Source: Octopus sinensis (lineage: Eukaryota). From it: DNA of 64,000 nt. The position numbers and the translations under genes were made by a program. Position 1 is the first letter of the stretch. Every line of letters starts with the position of its first letter. Below, piece by piece: positions 1-12,664 of this stretch. The DNA is taken from the NCBI RefSeq assembly GCF_006345805.1, contig NC_043012.1:43462001-43526000 (forward strand). The letters run 5' to 3'. The notes under the pieces are model-generated. The model saw only the letters and a list, made by a program, of their open reading frames with translations. It had not been told where the DNA came from and did no database searches.

Positions 1-322
1 AAGTGATAAAACTAAATAAGATCATAGCAATGAAGATATATTTACAAATTGATTATGAATGCTTTTACAAATTCCATAAAAATAAACCAATCTATGTTTG
101 GTGTTCATTTCAATTTTATTGCCGAGTGTTTTCACATTGTGCCTTACACAATCGAACTTTTGATATCATGTGATACAGAGACAATCATTATGAGAATCAT
201 CAGTTAAATACCTTGTGGTGTTTATTTATTCATGCTCTTTACATTATCAGTTCAAATCCTGCCGAGTTCAACCTCATCTTCTATATTTCTGGTATCGATA
301 AAAGTTATCCGACTAACACTTC

Positions 323-353
<31 letters not shown>

Positions 354-354
354 T

Positions 355-395
<41 letters not shown>

Positions 396-410
396 CACAC
401 ACACACACAC
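323..410. repeat. Compound microsatellite (CT)n-(AT)n-(AC)n
   Basis: Directly visible dinucleotide tracts. Confidence 0.95.
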
Positions 411-554
411 TAAAAATTAATATAAAAAGCTAGGCACAATGTAATAAAACGAAGTAAAAATTTAATCGTCATTAAGTGTGACTGAGGGGGCCGAGGCACA
501 TACATTGCTAGAAATGAATTTAAAAAATTCTTAATGCTGTAAGAAGAGCGCAAT

Positions 555-588
<34 letters not shown>

Positions 589-934
589 GTATATATACAC
601 ACACACTCACAGAAGAGGTGACTGCCCCATGAATGTCTCTAGAATCACTAAACTAGACTACTTCCGCCTATTTTGTAGGCATCATCAGCAGCGACTACTC
701 AAAGCGTTGATGGTTTTGCTAATTCCATCTGCCAGTCTATATATTATTACCATAAAAAATTATGGTTTATTTAGCGAAATGTTAATGTGTACACTAAAAA
801 TTGATATAAGCAGCTAGACGCAATGTAATACCATAAAGGAAAAATTTAATCGTTACTAAATGCGACTGAGAGTGCCGAAACACCTACATTGCTTGGAATA
901 AGAGTTAAAAGCTCTTAACGCAGTAAGGAGAGTG

Positions 935-939
<5 letters not shown>
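411..939 (-). mobile_element. Partial tandem repeat (411-555 vs 795-939, offset 384 bp), probable PLE pseudo-LTR with a decayed hammerhead
   Basis: Two diverged ~145-bp direct copies (taaaaatt...gcaata), each followed by microsatellite. Between them the minus strand reads GCTG-CTGATGA-T-GCCTA-caaaa-TAGGC-GGAAG-TA-GTC-TAG (~652-697). Confidence 0.55.
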
Positions 940-996
<57 letters not shown>

Positions 997-1006
997 CTAT
1001 ATATAT

Positions 1007-1077
<71 letters not shown>

Positions 1078-1135
1078 ATATATGTATATATATATATGTA
1101 TACACACACACACACACAGACATGTGTGTGTGTGT
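940..1135. repeat. (AT)n/(AC)n/(GT)n microsatellite
   Basis: Directly visible. Confidence 0.95.
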
Positions 1136-1431
1136 GGAGGCGCTTGGGCCAATGGTTAGGGCAGCAGACTCGCGGCCGTAGGATCGCGGTTTCGATTCCC
1201 AGACCGGGCGTTGTTAGTGTTTATTGAGCGGAAACACCTAAAGCTCCACGAGACTCCAGCAGGGGGTGGTGGCGATCCTTGCTGTACTATTTCGCCGCAA
1301 CTTTCACTCTTTCTTCTGTTGGCCTGCTCGCCTAGCCAGCGGGGTGACGTCACTTGAAGGCTAAAACAATGCGAAGCGCATTCTTACCAGCGATGTGTAG
1401 CAACAGCTGATAGCCTGGTCGGTCATGTGAT

Positions 1432-1438
<7 letters not shown>
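1136..1438 (+). mobile_element. tRNA-derived SINE
   Basis: tRNA-like head with A-box-like (TGGGCCAATGG) and B-box-like (GGTTTCGATTCCC) motifs, GC-rich body, ends in an (AT)n tail. Confidence 0.8.
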
Positions 1439-1476
<38 letters not shown>

Positions 1477-1524
1477 CACACATAAATACACTGACATATA
1501 TACATTTGGGTACCTACACATGTA

Positions 1525-3026
1525 TTGGATTGGCAAAAAGTTCCCGCCGCTTTTTTTTTAATTTTGGAATATATATTTTTTTTTGTTCTAGTTAATTTTA
1601 GTTAATTTTTGTTTATTTTCAGATCATTAAAATGGAATGTTAAGAAAAACGAGCATTTTCGACACCTCTTTCTTTTCGCTATTAATCAAGGTTTCTGTCT
1701 ACACTCAAGATGCAATTAAAATAGCAAGACTACATTTTGTTATACAAGATCATTTCACAATACTTTTGCATATGCAACAGGATCGAATCAAACAGTTATG
1801 AATGGATCGAAGATTATAGACAAACATATATGAAGGATCTACAAGTTATTGATCATCAATTATTTACGACGGAACTTTAGAAAATATGGTATAAAAGCAT
1901 AATAGTCAAAATAACAGAGTTTATGTAACGATGCAGATATCTTACGAGGATATAATTTCGCAGCATTGGTTGTTGCTTTTGAAGATACTTTAATGTTTTC
2001 TCTACATCTTTTCGAAATAGACTTTCAACAATTTACAGCGACATTTGTGTGTATGGGGAGGGTGCCATAGCTGAAAGAACCGCTCGTGATTGGTATGCCA
2101 AGTTCAAAAATGGAAATTTTGACCTCAAATCCACACCTCGTTCTAGCCATCAAGTTGAGTTCGATGAAGAGCAATTAAACCAACATTTGCACGAAAATTC
2201 TCGTCAAACGACAAGGGAACTGGCAGAGAAAATGGAATGCTCCGACACTGCTATAGAGAAACATCTTCACTCGATGGGAAAGGTTCAGAAGTATGGAGCA
2301 TAGGTGCCGCATGCTTTAAGTGACAACAACAAAAATCAACGAGCCACAATCTCCGCTGGTTTGCTTGCTCGTCACCGCTCAACTCATGGACAGAAGCAAC
2401 GATTTCTTTACCGAATCATTACTTGCGACGATAAATGATGCCTGTTCATCAATATGAAGCAGCGTAAGGAAACAAGCGACACCGCGCGTGAAACAAGATC
2501 TTCATCCGTGTGAAATGATGTTGTGCGTATGGTGGAACTGGGAACAGATTATCCATTACGAATTGCTTGACTGGAACCAAAGGTTCAACGCGAAACTCTA
2601 TGTTCGACAGATGGAGCGACTCAACACGGCTATTCAAAAGAAAAGAACTAATCGTCAGCATGAAGTTCTTCTGCTACACGACAACGCCCGCCCTTATATC
2701 GCCAATATAACCAAGAATGCCATTCAAACGCGTGGCTGGGAAGTGCTGCCACACCCGCCGTACTCTCTTGATTTGGCACTAACAGATGTCCACCTCTTTC
2801 GATCTCTTTCAAATGATATGCGCGGAGTTTCGTTCAATACTGATGAGGTTGGTTGGATCAATTTTTCGAGTCGAAATGGAGTGATTTCTACCAACGAGGT
2901 ATTGAAAATCCTGTTGAATGTTGGGAAGTTGTAAACAACAAGGGTGAACACATTATTGATTAATTAGTTGTTATTTTTTATTAAACCTTTTAAAAAACTT
3001 AAATTTAAAAACCGGTGGGAGCTCAA
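1525..3026 (+). mobile_element. Mariner (DD34D-type) transposon, near full length, transposase pseudogene interrupted by a 352-bp insertion
   Basis: TA-flanked left TIR TTGGATTGGCAAAAAGTTCCCGCC and partially deleted right TIR. Frames encode YGEGAIAERTARDWYAKFKNGNFDL, LLHDNARP and HPPYSLDLALTDVHLFRSL, with stops and frameshifts. Confidence 0.93.
1688..2039 (-). repeat. Inverted copy of 7751-8102 inserted in the mariner transposase gene
   Basis: Reverse complement of 7751-8102 matches base for base by eye. Confidence 0.92.
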
Positions 3027-4174
3027 TATGTAGTCCTTTTCTTTCATTAGTTTGTCTCTCATTTACTCGTTGTAGTAGACACCTTTACACTTTTGTAACA
3101 TTCTTTTCTTCAACAAAATAAAATTTATTTTCATCACAAAGATTTTGCTATTTCTTGTTTGATTTCTTCTTCTTTTTCTATATAGCCATGTTCTTCACCT
3201 GTCACTGTCATGGAAATCTCTTACTATTGCAACAAAGAATGCCAATGTCTTATCAAAATACAATTTTTCTGGTCTAGCAATATTTGTTCTACAAGGAACA
3301 TGTCTTTCTCTACCCATATTTTATGCTCCCCTTCCCTTATCCTATTTTGGCAGGATCACTTCTGTAATAACAACCGATTACGGTTATGCTGTCATTTTAA
3401 GATTCGACTCTCAAGTCTTCCTTGTAGTTGTTGAATAACGCCCAGGTTGATCCTACTTTATTGAGGGACACTTGTCGTGCGGAAGCCCTCACTTGGAGAT
3501 CCAGTTCTATTAACGCATTGTGATAATACTTTTTATTTGGCAGTTCAATTATAGAGAGGAATGTGGATTTAATGACACAACCTCAGGAACACCGTCTCTA
3601 GAAGGCCGCCATCCGAGGCTCAAGACACCCTCCTCCCTTTGTTATAGATCTAGACCCGAACGGGTGACGCCTATCGTTTTTGGTCTCGAAGTACACATAA
3701 TTGTTATTGTTACTATCATGAGTGCTGGGTACAGTATATAACGTTAATTACGGTAATAACAACAGTGCCATCAGCTGCAACTAAGAAATATTATGTGGAT
3801 GGCCATTGACTCACATGAGTTGATGCACCCTTTGGCATGTGTTGGTTTTCATTCAACAGGGTTAAAAGACACACTTCCTCACGTGGCATTCTCTGTGGGA
3901 TTACCAATTTACTGTACGACTGTCTGGTATTTATGGCACATAAAAAAATGAAGGAAGCTAGTAGGGGTTTTCATACAGAGAGCTGAGTACCATTCACTCT
4001 GATATAGCGAAGGTAGTGGAGGGTCGAGGCGGTTTTTCTCACTGGGAACAAGTGATGAACTTTGCTGCTCTTAGTGTAGCAGAGGGAGAGGGAGTCTGTC
4101 AAATCCAAGATCCACAATCAAATGGTTACTTCTAGAAATCATTTAGAACAAATCAGTAATTTAGCAAGAAAAGG

Positions 4175-4177
<3 letters not shown>

Positions 4178-4217
<40 letters not shown>

Positions 4218-4231
4218 GAGAGAGAGAGAAA

Positions 4232-4274
<43 letters not shown>

Positions 4275-4352
4275 TGAGAGATAGGAAGAGAGAAAGAGAG
4301 AGAGAGTGAGAGATAGAAAGAGAGAAAGAGAGAGAGAGATAGAAAGAGAGAA

Positions 4353-4402
<50 letters not shown>
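4178..4402. repeat. (GA)n microsatellite with GAAA interruptions
   Basis: Directly visible; a second (GA)n tract lies at ~4709-4808. Confidence 0.95.
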
Positions 4403-4406
<4 letters not shown>

Positions 4407-4745
4407 GGTAAATTGTGAGCGTGGGTCATAATGCCTATTTCTTTCAAGTGAAAATCGTGCGTGTTAACCGAGGAAGAAAAAAAGGGAACAACGAAAGCGA
4501 CAAAAAATCCACTACCACCACTACCATCATCATCATCATCCTCATCATCATCTCAAGAAACAACCAGAATAAATATTTTCATGGGTGAGAAAAGATTATA
4601 GGAAATACTTAACTTTTAACAATTGAGGGATGGTGTCATGGAAGAATCATCCAAGATCACCCATCGAACTGTTACACGAAGAAATCATTTACAACAAATG
4701 AATAGTAAGTGAGAGAGAGAGAGAGAGAGTGAGGGAGAGAGAGAG

Positions 4746-4809
<64 letters not shown>

Positions 4810-4839
4810 AGATAAATTAAGAATTTGTCAAATCCAGGC

Positions 4840-5520
4840 TGATGGATGACCTCAAACTCTATACTAAACAAGACATAAATTCTTTGATCAAAACACTAAG
4901 AATATGTAACAAGGATATTGGAATGCAATTTAGTATAAATAAATGTACAGTTTTAATACAGGGAGGTCGAAAGATTAAATCTGATGGTATAAAATTACCA
5001 CAAGCTTGTATCATAGATAATTGAGAACTAATGAGGGATACAATTACTTTGGGGATGAAGCAAGATGATAAGGTAATAGAAAGAGAAATGAGGAAGTCTC
5101 CAAAGAGTACAACAGAAGCATTAGTAAGGTCCTCAATACAAAACTAGATGGAAATGATATTATCAAATCAATGAATTCATGGTCGATGCTACTTTCTAAA
5201 TTGGGCCAAGACAGAACTTCAGATTTTTACAGAAGAGCTAGTAAGCTGCTCACGTTGCCTGAAAAGCAACATCAGCTCCATCAATCAAGGAAGGAAGGAG
5301 GCAGTGACTTATTAAACGCAGAAAAGACCATTAGTATGTTCCTGAGTTTGAGGAATTATATTGTAAACAGGCTATTATCTACTGCTAGAAATAACCAAAA
5401 TCTTATTGAAACTGTTAGAAAATTCAAGAACAGAAGGAAGTTGAGAAGAGAAGGAATTGCTTGACCAAACCATGTAAGGAACCGAGTGTGTTGGAAGAAA
5501 GGAAGAATGTTTGTGGTTGA
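4840..5520 (+). mobile_element. Decayed R4/Dong-clade non-LTR RT fragment (YMDD domain onward)
   Basis: MDDLKLYTKQDINSLIKTLRICNKDIGMQFSINKCTVL matches the R4-type MDDLKL...DIGM.F...KC motif; many frameshifts. Confidence 0.75.
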
Positions 5521-5539
5521 GAGATTGAAACCCGAAACG

Positions 5540-5780
5540 ACAGGCTAAATCACTAATTATAACCGGTCAAACCATGATCATACATGGAACAATGGAGACC
5601 ACCTCCTCCTGTGGGATGAAGTTAAAATAATAGACAGAGAACACCACTGGAAACACGAAAACTAAAAGAAGCAGCACAAATGCTAGGATACAACAACCCC
5701 CTAAGCAGACCGAGTGCAGATATGAATAGCATATGGGAACCGATATTAAGGAAGGATAGGAAAATATTAGATTTATAAAC
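5540..5780 (+). mobile_element. PLE GIY-YIG endonuclease C-terminal fragment
   Basis: Frameshifted HTWNNGDHLLLWDEVKIIDREHHWK/RKLKEAAQMLGYNNPLSRPSADMNSIWEPILRK, typical of the H..W....I..E....RK.KEA end of PLE ORFs. Confidence 0.7.
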
Positions 5781-5844
5781 CCTAAAATTCACTCCATAAT
5801 TGCCCCCGGGCATATGGCATAGTGTTTAAGATTACAGGCAGTGA

Positions 5845-5971
<127 letters not shown>

Positions 5972-5974
5972 GAA

Positions 5975-7630
5975 ATGAACGGACCGGTACCCTACGAAAA
6001 TGACGACCGTCAAAATAATGGGCCGGACGTTGTTCCTCATGTCCCGCAAATAAAACCCAAAAGACATAAATGGACACGTGAGGAATACATTTCTATCTTA
6101 CACGCATACTTCAAAGCAGTGCTCTACCCAAAAAATGAAAACACAACAACACATACATATAAAATATGGAAGGAAAATAACATAAATATAGACTTGGATA
6201 CAGCAATGAACCCTAATAAATTAGCTAACGTACGAAGATACATTCTCAACGCAAAAAAAATATTAGAAATAGAAATAGAACACCTAAAAGAAAAAAGACA
6301 CCAGGAAAATGTAGATAGAAGCCACACAACAATGCCCAATAATATAAACACTGAAACAGTAAAACACGAAGACAAACGCAACATTCCCAACAAACACGAT
6401 GTAAACAACGAAGGGGAGCCTAATGATTATGATAATATAAAAAGTAAAATAATCAAAGAACTGAAAACCACAGAGCTCAAAATGGAGCACCGACCATACC
6501 TCCCAAGAATCAAAATAGACGAAACAACAACACCAATTATAAACAGCATAAACCTAGCCGTCACGGAACTAATAGCCACTAAAACAAAAAGCGATATCAC
6601 TGAGCTAAATGACTTAGTATACGCAGCAGCCACTGCAGCCACAAAAGAAGCTGGATACTCACTCAAACCCATCCAAACAGGAGTACCACCACTCAAACAA
6701 ACCCTGTGGATAAATAACATCCAAAACAAAATGCAAAAAATGAGAAAAGATCTGTCGATTCTTAATGAAATCAGTAGACAACTGAGCAACAAAAAGAAAA
6801 CAAAAATACTCCGCAAATATAACATCTCAGAAAAAGATTTACCTGAGATAAAAGAAAAGCTAAAGCAAGATATCCTTGCCAAAGCACAAAGGATCCGCCG
6901 GTACGAGAAACGCCAGCGCTTCTTTGAACAAAACAAAAAGTTCAACTCCAACCCCAAAAAGTTCTACCAAGAACTTGGCAAAAATATAATAGAAATCACT
7001 GCAGCACCAACGGCAGAAGAAGTGGAAGAATTCTGGAGAGAAATATGGTCGGCGAACGAACAACCAAAAAAAAAAGGAGTATCAAAATAACAAACTCGGC
7101 ATCTGAACAACTTTGGCCCCCCATAACAACTGAAGAGGTCACCCAGGCACTGCAAAGACTAAGCAACTGGAAGGCACCTGGGCATGACAAGATCCCCAAC
7201 TTCTGGTTGAAATATCTAACAGGAATGCACAAAAAGCTGGCTGAAAACTTTAACTACATACTAGCAGAGCCAGAGACAATGCCTGAATGGCTCACGAAGG
7301 GGAAAACCATCTTAATTCCCAAATCAAATGAGACAGCAAAACCAGAAAACTACAGACCAATAACATGTCTCCCTACAATGTTCAAGGCATTTACTGCAGT
7401 GATATCGCAAAGGTTGAACAAGCACCTGGACGAAAACAAACTGTTCCCAGAAGAGCAGGCTCATATGGCTGTAAAGATCAACTAATGATTAATAAAGCCA
7501 TAACTGAAGACAGCCACAGAAAGAAGAAAGGCCTCAGTATGGCCTGGATCGATTACAAAAAGGCGTTTGATAGCATCCCCGACACATGGACCCTTGAAAC
7601 ACTAGCCATTAACAAAGTAGCACCAATAGA
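5975..7630 (+). mobile_element. R4/Dong-clade non-LTR retrotransposon, 5' part (N-terminus plus first RT domains), 3'-truncated, two frameshifts
   Basis: ATG at 5975; KRHKWTREE, LANVRRYI, NWKAPGHDKIPNFWLK, WLTKGKTILIPK, NYRPITCLPT, GCKDQLMINK and SMAWIDYKKAFDSIP motifs; frameshift in the A-run at 7066-7075. Confidence 0.9.
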
Positions 7631-7750
7631 TAATCTAATGTTACAGTATTCAAGCTGTTCTGTATCTTGAAGTTCTAATATCAATCGAAAATGATATATC
7701 ACTGTAAACACATTGATAGAATGAAACAAAATTCAGCTTAACCTTACCTT

Positions 7751-8102
7751 GCTGTAAATTGTTGAAAGTCTATTTCGAAAAGATGTAGAGAAAACATTAA
7801 AGTATCTTCAAAAGCAACAACCAATGCTGCGAAATTATATCCTCGTAAGATATCTGCATCGTTACATAAACTCTGTTATTTTGACTATTATGCTTTTATA
7901 CCATATTTTCTAAAGTTCCGTCGTAAATAATTGATGATCAATAACTTGTAGATCCTTCATATATGTTTGTCTATAATCTTCGATCCATTCATAACTGTTT
8001 GATTCGATCCTGTTGCATATGCAAAAGTATTGTGAAATGATCTTGTATAACAAAATGTAGTCTTGCTATTTTAATTGCATCTTGAGTGTAGACAGAAACC
8101 TT
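7751..8102 (+). repeat. Probable donor of the inverted insertion at 1688-2039
   Basis: Matching reverse-complement copy; no TIR or TSD of its own. Confidence 0.85.
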
Positions 8103-8579
8103 AGCCTGCGAATAAATTGCACAATGGTAGGTTGATTATTACTGAACCAACCATTTCCTGTCAGTCATGAAGATGGAATGGATCTTCACATATTAAGGAC
8201 ACTTCACCCTTAAAGCGATGGATTACTTTGTATTCGTAAAGATTGCGACATCCTATTCACCGATTTTTCTCAGCATTACTATTTCTAAACTCTCTTTTGG
8301 TGGTGATTCTCTTGTAAGCTTTATGTAGTAAGCCAAATTCTGTATGGCATCGCTTTTCTGTGATGTTTTGTTATGTTTTATCTGTTGCAATGTTTTTTAA
8401 GTCTTACAATTTGCCATAGCTGCAGTCGTTGCAACAGGATTAAGGACTCTGCTTCACAACCAACGGTGTTGCGAATTCAATCACGTTGTCCAACACCTTG
8501 GACAACTGTTTTCTGTCAGGGCATGATTTGCCAGTGAAATTCTGTTAATGGAAAATGCATAGTATTTCAATTGTATGCA

Positions 8580-8610
8580 TGAGTGTGTATGTGTGTGTAT
8601 GCGCATGTTT

Positions 8611-8654
<44 letters not shown>

Positions 8655-8755
8655 GCCTGTGTTTGCGTGTGTGCCTGTGTGTGTGATGCGATGTGTGTGT
8701 GTGTGTGTGTGTGATGTGATGTGTGCGTGTGTGTGTTTGTATGCCTGCGTATGTA
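8580..8755. repeat. (GT)n-rich microsatellite
   Basis: Directly visible. Confidence 0.9.
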
Positions 8756-8860
8756 TTTATAAGTGTTCAGTGATGAAGAAAACTCAAGAAAACCATCCAT
8801 TATTTGCATCCTGCTGGGGTCCCTCCTTTTACACTAATGCTCCCATTTCTTATTTTGATA

Positions 8861-9283
8861 GTTATCGGAGACAGCTTGGTGGGGCAACGGGCATAGTCAG
8901 CGTAGGTGTTCCCTCGCAGCCGACCTGTTGTCAGCTGGACGGCTGCGGCTGCGACGCGAGCATGAGAACAAGTACATCAACGAGCACGAGCAACAACACA
9001 ACAACGAGCACGAGGAAAAGGACGTCCACGAGGACGCTCACGATAAGAACACGACAACAAACACGACCTTCAACATAGCAACGGCCACGACTACGACCAC
9101 GACTACAACACGCGAGGTCCGACGACAAACGCATAACATACGGACACACACTCGCAATGGAACCGGCAGCGGGCACGTCGGCTGGGGATAGCGACGTACC
9201 TGCAGCGAACGGCCCGCAGCTCGCCGGCAGCCGAATGGAAGCTGCGAGACTTCGGTTCGGCGGCGAAAAACGGTGATTAATGC
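8861..9283 (+). other. GC/CpG-rich island of unknown origin with a low-complexity His/Glu/Asp/Thr-rich reading frame
   Basis: Markedly GC-richer than its flanks; stop-free frame 8861-9191 (…REHENKYINEHEQQHNNEHEEKDVHEDAHDK…); no recognisable domain. Confidence 0.35.
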
Positions 9284-9432
9284 AGATCAATGAAATATGT
9301 ACCGGAAAAGATCAATGAAATATGTACTGGACAAAGTACTGCGATCGATACAATTGATTCATAGCTCTTTGTAGGCGGTCTACCAGCATATGATCAGCTA
9401 TATTATAAGTAGGACCGAAGCTGTTTTCGTTA

Positions 9433-9840
9433 CTAGTACGTCACCACTGTCACATGTGGTAGGTTGCTAGTATTAGCGGCAACGGTACCAGGATTAATAT
9501 TATTGAAGTAGATAGGGTTTCTGAACTTCACATTATTAAAATCTGGTGCGTTTGGGTCGGATACAGCTGGATAATTTGTAGGGTTCACAGTAAGGTGACT
9601 ACATTTACGCCTATTGGAAGAGGCAATTATAGATCTCAAGTTTGGTGTTGTAGAGTACTAGATTTTAGATGAATTACGAGACCAGTAATTGTTCTCAAAG
9701 AACAAAAGTTTTCGTAACTGCTAAGATAACGCCGATGTCCGACTGAGAGAGGGGTGCAAGTTGCCTTGCAAAGATTCGAATTTCATTGGGGTATATGGAA
9801 GCGTAATACATTGAAATAGTGAAGTGAAGGAAACGAGTAT
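9433..9840 (-). mobile_element. Probable decayed PLE RT-to-endonuclease linker fragment
   Basis: RNSSKI*YSTTPNLRSIIASSNRRK resembles the PLE linker motif K.SYS..PN...II..HN.K, also seen at ~14800 in this window. Confidence 0.4.
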
Positions 9841-9849
9841 GAGATTTCT

Positions 9850-9850
<1 letters not shown>

Positions 9851-9945
<95 letters not shown>

Positions 9946-9954
9946 GAGAGAGAG
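9851..9954. repeat. (GA)n microsatellite
   Basis: Directly visible. Confidence 0.95.
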
Positions 9955-10514
9955 TGGAATCATGCTATGACATCGCCAGTACAATTCCAAAGGAAACTTA
10001 ACTCTTCTCCTCACTAAGTATATAATTCGGTCAAATATGCATTTGTGCTAATGCGTCCAAATCTGAAGGTCTAACGAAGATATGATAAAAAAGTGAAGCT
10101 ATTTCATACCCAAAATATATTCTGTTTCGCAATATTTAAAGCTTCATTCATGTATTGCATTAGAAATATATATTTGTTTATGTGATATGTACTTCAACAT
10201 ATAGTGAGTTAATGTAGTTTCCCCATCGAAAGACTCTCACCCATGCTACTATAAAATATTGCAATACTTGAGTTCGCGTACCTGAGACATCTAGCATACA
10301 TGAAAATGATTTGTGATAACAGTCAAGGCCTTGCTACAGATGTGAGATTTTGTGAGATTTTGCAGCTCATTGTAGTTGGCCAAGCAAGCACACACAACTC
10401 TCTTATTGATTTAACCTTAACCTTTTCTCTAACATGCAGATGGTTTCACAATAATTATTTGATTTCTATTGTAGAGGGTCATCATTTTAGTCATTAATTG
10501 GTTGTTGGTATATA

Positions 10515-12135
10515 CAGTTGCGGCCAAAATGTTAAGAACGGCATTGTTTTCGTTAGAAAAGTAGGTATAATTTTTTATCAAAGTTGTTTTATATTCTATA
10601 ATTTTCACAGACAATAAATACAATATTAATTGTTATTGTCTCAGATTTTGGTGTAATTTGAGAGGATAATACAAAAGTTATGGATGATTTAGAGATTTAC
10701 TGCAAAACCCATGCCGGCCAAAATGATCAGAACGGTTGAAAAAATAACAAAATAATCAAAAATGACAGAGAATACTGGAATTATTTAATATTTAGCGTGA
10801 AGCCCTTTAGCTTCAATCACACTTTGACATCTTCGACTGCATGAGGAAACTAAATTTTCAATTTCTTGCTGGGTGATCTTATTCAATTTTCTTCCTGATG
10901 GGCATTCCATAATTGCTCGGTTGTTTTAGGATTTCTGGCTTTCGAACGTTCTCCTAGAATATTCGACACATTTTCAATAGGATTGAGATATGGGCTTTGG
11001 GCAGGCCAATCCATAACAATAACCTTTTCAGCCCTGAGGAAGTTCATGACCACTTTAGCCTTGTGACATGGGGCATTGTCCTGCATGAATATGGGTGGTC
11101 GCTTAGTTGAATTTACAGCACAGGCAAGACATGATCTTTTACAAGTTGTTTATAAACTCCTGCATTTTACTTTCCATGTAATCGCACCAAAGGGCCCACA
11201 CCATCTCCAGACATCATCCCCCAAACCATGACACTTCCTCCACCGAATTTAACACTAGTCTTAAGGCATTTAGGCGACAATTTTTTACCTACTTTTCGAC
11301 GAACGTACCTTTTCCCATCTGAGCCAAATAACATAAACTTAGATTCATCACGGAAATGCACCGTCTGCCATTTTTCTTGAGACCACAACACATGTTCGGT
11401 TGCAAAGGTAAGACGACACTTTTTATTCTTGGAGCTGATCAGTGGCTTCACTGCAGGTGCTCTTGCTTGTAGGTCATGTTCAACTAAACGACGAGACACA
11501 GTTTTTTTAGATAAAGTTTTCTTCAGTACAATGCTCATTTCCCGAGAAACAGCAGCAGCAGTTTTAAATCTGTCCTTTTTAACCAACTTTACCATAGCAC
11601 GATCTTCTCTCTTGGTCGTTTTTCTTGGCCTACCTGTAGACTTTCTTGCTTCACATGAACCACAATCATCGTAGACCTTAAGAACAACACTTTTTAACTT
11701 GTTAACAATCTTTACAATAGACCCAATACTTAAATTATCCTTCTTTCAAAGCTTAATAATTTGCTGACGAATTGGTAACGGAGTAAGTGACATTATATTA
11801 ACAAAGTACACTGCAGATATTCTTACTAATGTTTAGTAAACGAACCGTCACGTGAACAAATTCAAAACATTAGAGTTCACCAGTTAAATATACTAAAACA
11901 CGGAGTAAAAGCAACCGTTCTGATCATTTTAGCCGCCATGGGTTTTGCTGTAAATCACTAAATCATGCATAACTTTTGTATTATCCTCTCAAATTACACC
12001 AAAATCTGAGACAATAACAATTAATATCGTTTTCATTGTCTGTGAAAAATATAGAATATAAAACAACTTTGATATAAAATTATACCTACTTTTCTGACGA
12101 AAACAATGCCGTTCTTAACATTTTGGCCGCAACTG
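10515..12135 (-). mobile_element. Tc1-family (DD34E) transposon, IR-DR type, full length (1621 bp)
   Basis: TA target duplications (10513-14, 12136-37); ~223-bp TIRs (10515-10737, 11913-12135) starting CAGTTG, with an inner repeat GGCCAAAATG.T.AGAACGG. Confidence 0.96.
10785..11793 (-). pseudogene. Tc1 transposase pseudogene
   Basis: GRPRKTT, FRDESKF, GGSVMVWG, MQDNAPCH and WPAQSPYLNPIEN motifs; ends SVIEAKGLHAKY*; a few stops and frameshifts. Confidence 0.92.
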
Positions 12136-12197
12136 TACAATCGTAGATAGATTGGTTGGCTGCGTGTTAAAGGCGAGAATGACGACACAAATATATG

Positions 12198-12261
<64 letters not shown>

Positions 12262-12441
12262 GTATACATGTATTTATATGTATATATATATAATTCAATT
12301 TTGGGGGATTAATCGATATGCGGGTATTCTATTTTAGATAATACAAAAATAGCCCACTGAGTATATCTGACAGTAAACTCATGCTATCAGTTTGCATAAT
12401 ATCACGAAATAATACTTAAAGGATATAACCCCAAATTACCA

Positions 12442-12600
12442 GCAGGAGTGGCTGTGTGGTAAGTAGCTTGCTTACGAACCACATTGTTCCGGGTTCATTC
12501 CCACTGCGTGGCACCTTGGGCAAGTGTCTTCTACTATAGCCTAGGGACGACCAAAGCCTTGTGAGTGGATTTGGTAGACGGAAACTGAAAGAAGCTCGTC

Positions 12601-12602
<2 letters not shown>
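12442..12602 (+). mobile_element. tRNA-derived CORE-like SINE, 5' half ending in (TA)n
   Basis: GGCTGTGTGGTAAG...GGGTTCATTCCC head, CCTTGGGCAAGTGTCTTCT core-like segment, GACGGAAACTGAAAGAAG.CGTCG(TA)n. Confidence 0.85.
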
Positions 12603-12656
<54 letters not shown>

Positions 12657-12664
12657 ATATTTAT

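Noticed and set aside
1136-1210. Genuine tRNA gene
   Set aside because: The tRNA-like head runs into a SINE body and AT tail; no clean cloverleaf or Pol III terminator. The same holds for the other SINE heads.
3180-3700. Possible LINE 3' fragment
   Set aside because: No convincing motif in any frame. Similar unassignable decayed stretches lie at 18400-19070, 22800-23230 and 38200-38750.
9463-9483. GTTGC-TAGTATTAG-CG-GCAAC stem-loop resembling a CRESS-virus origin, with the neighbouring ORF as a capsid
   Set aside because: The nonamer mismatches TAGTATTAC, the stem is only 5 bp, there are no Rep motifs nearby, and the ORF fits a PLE linker better.
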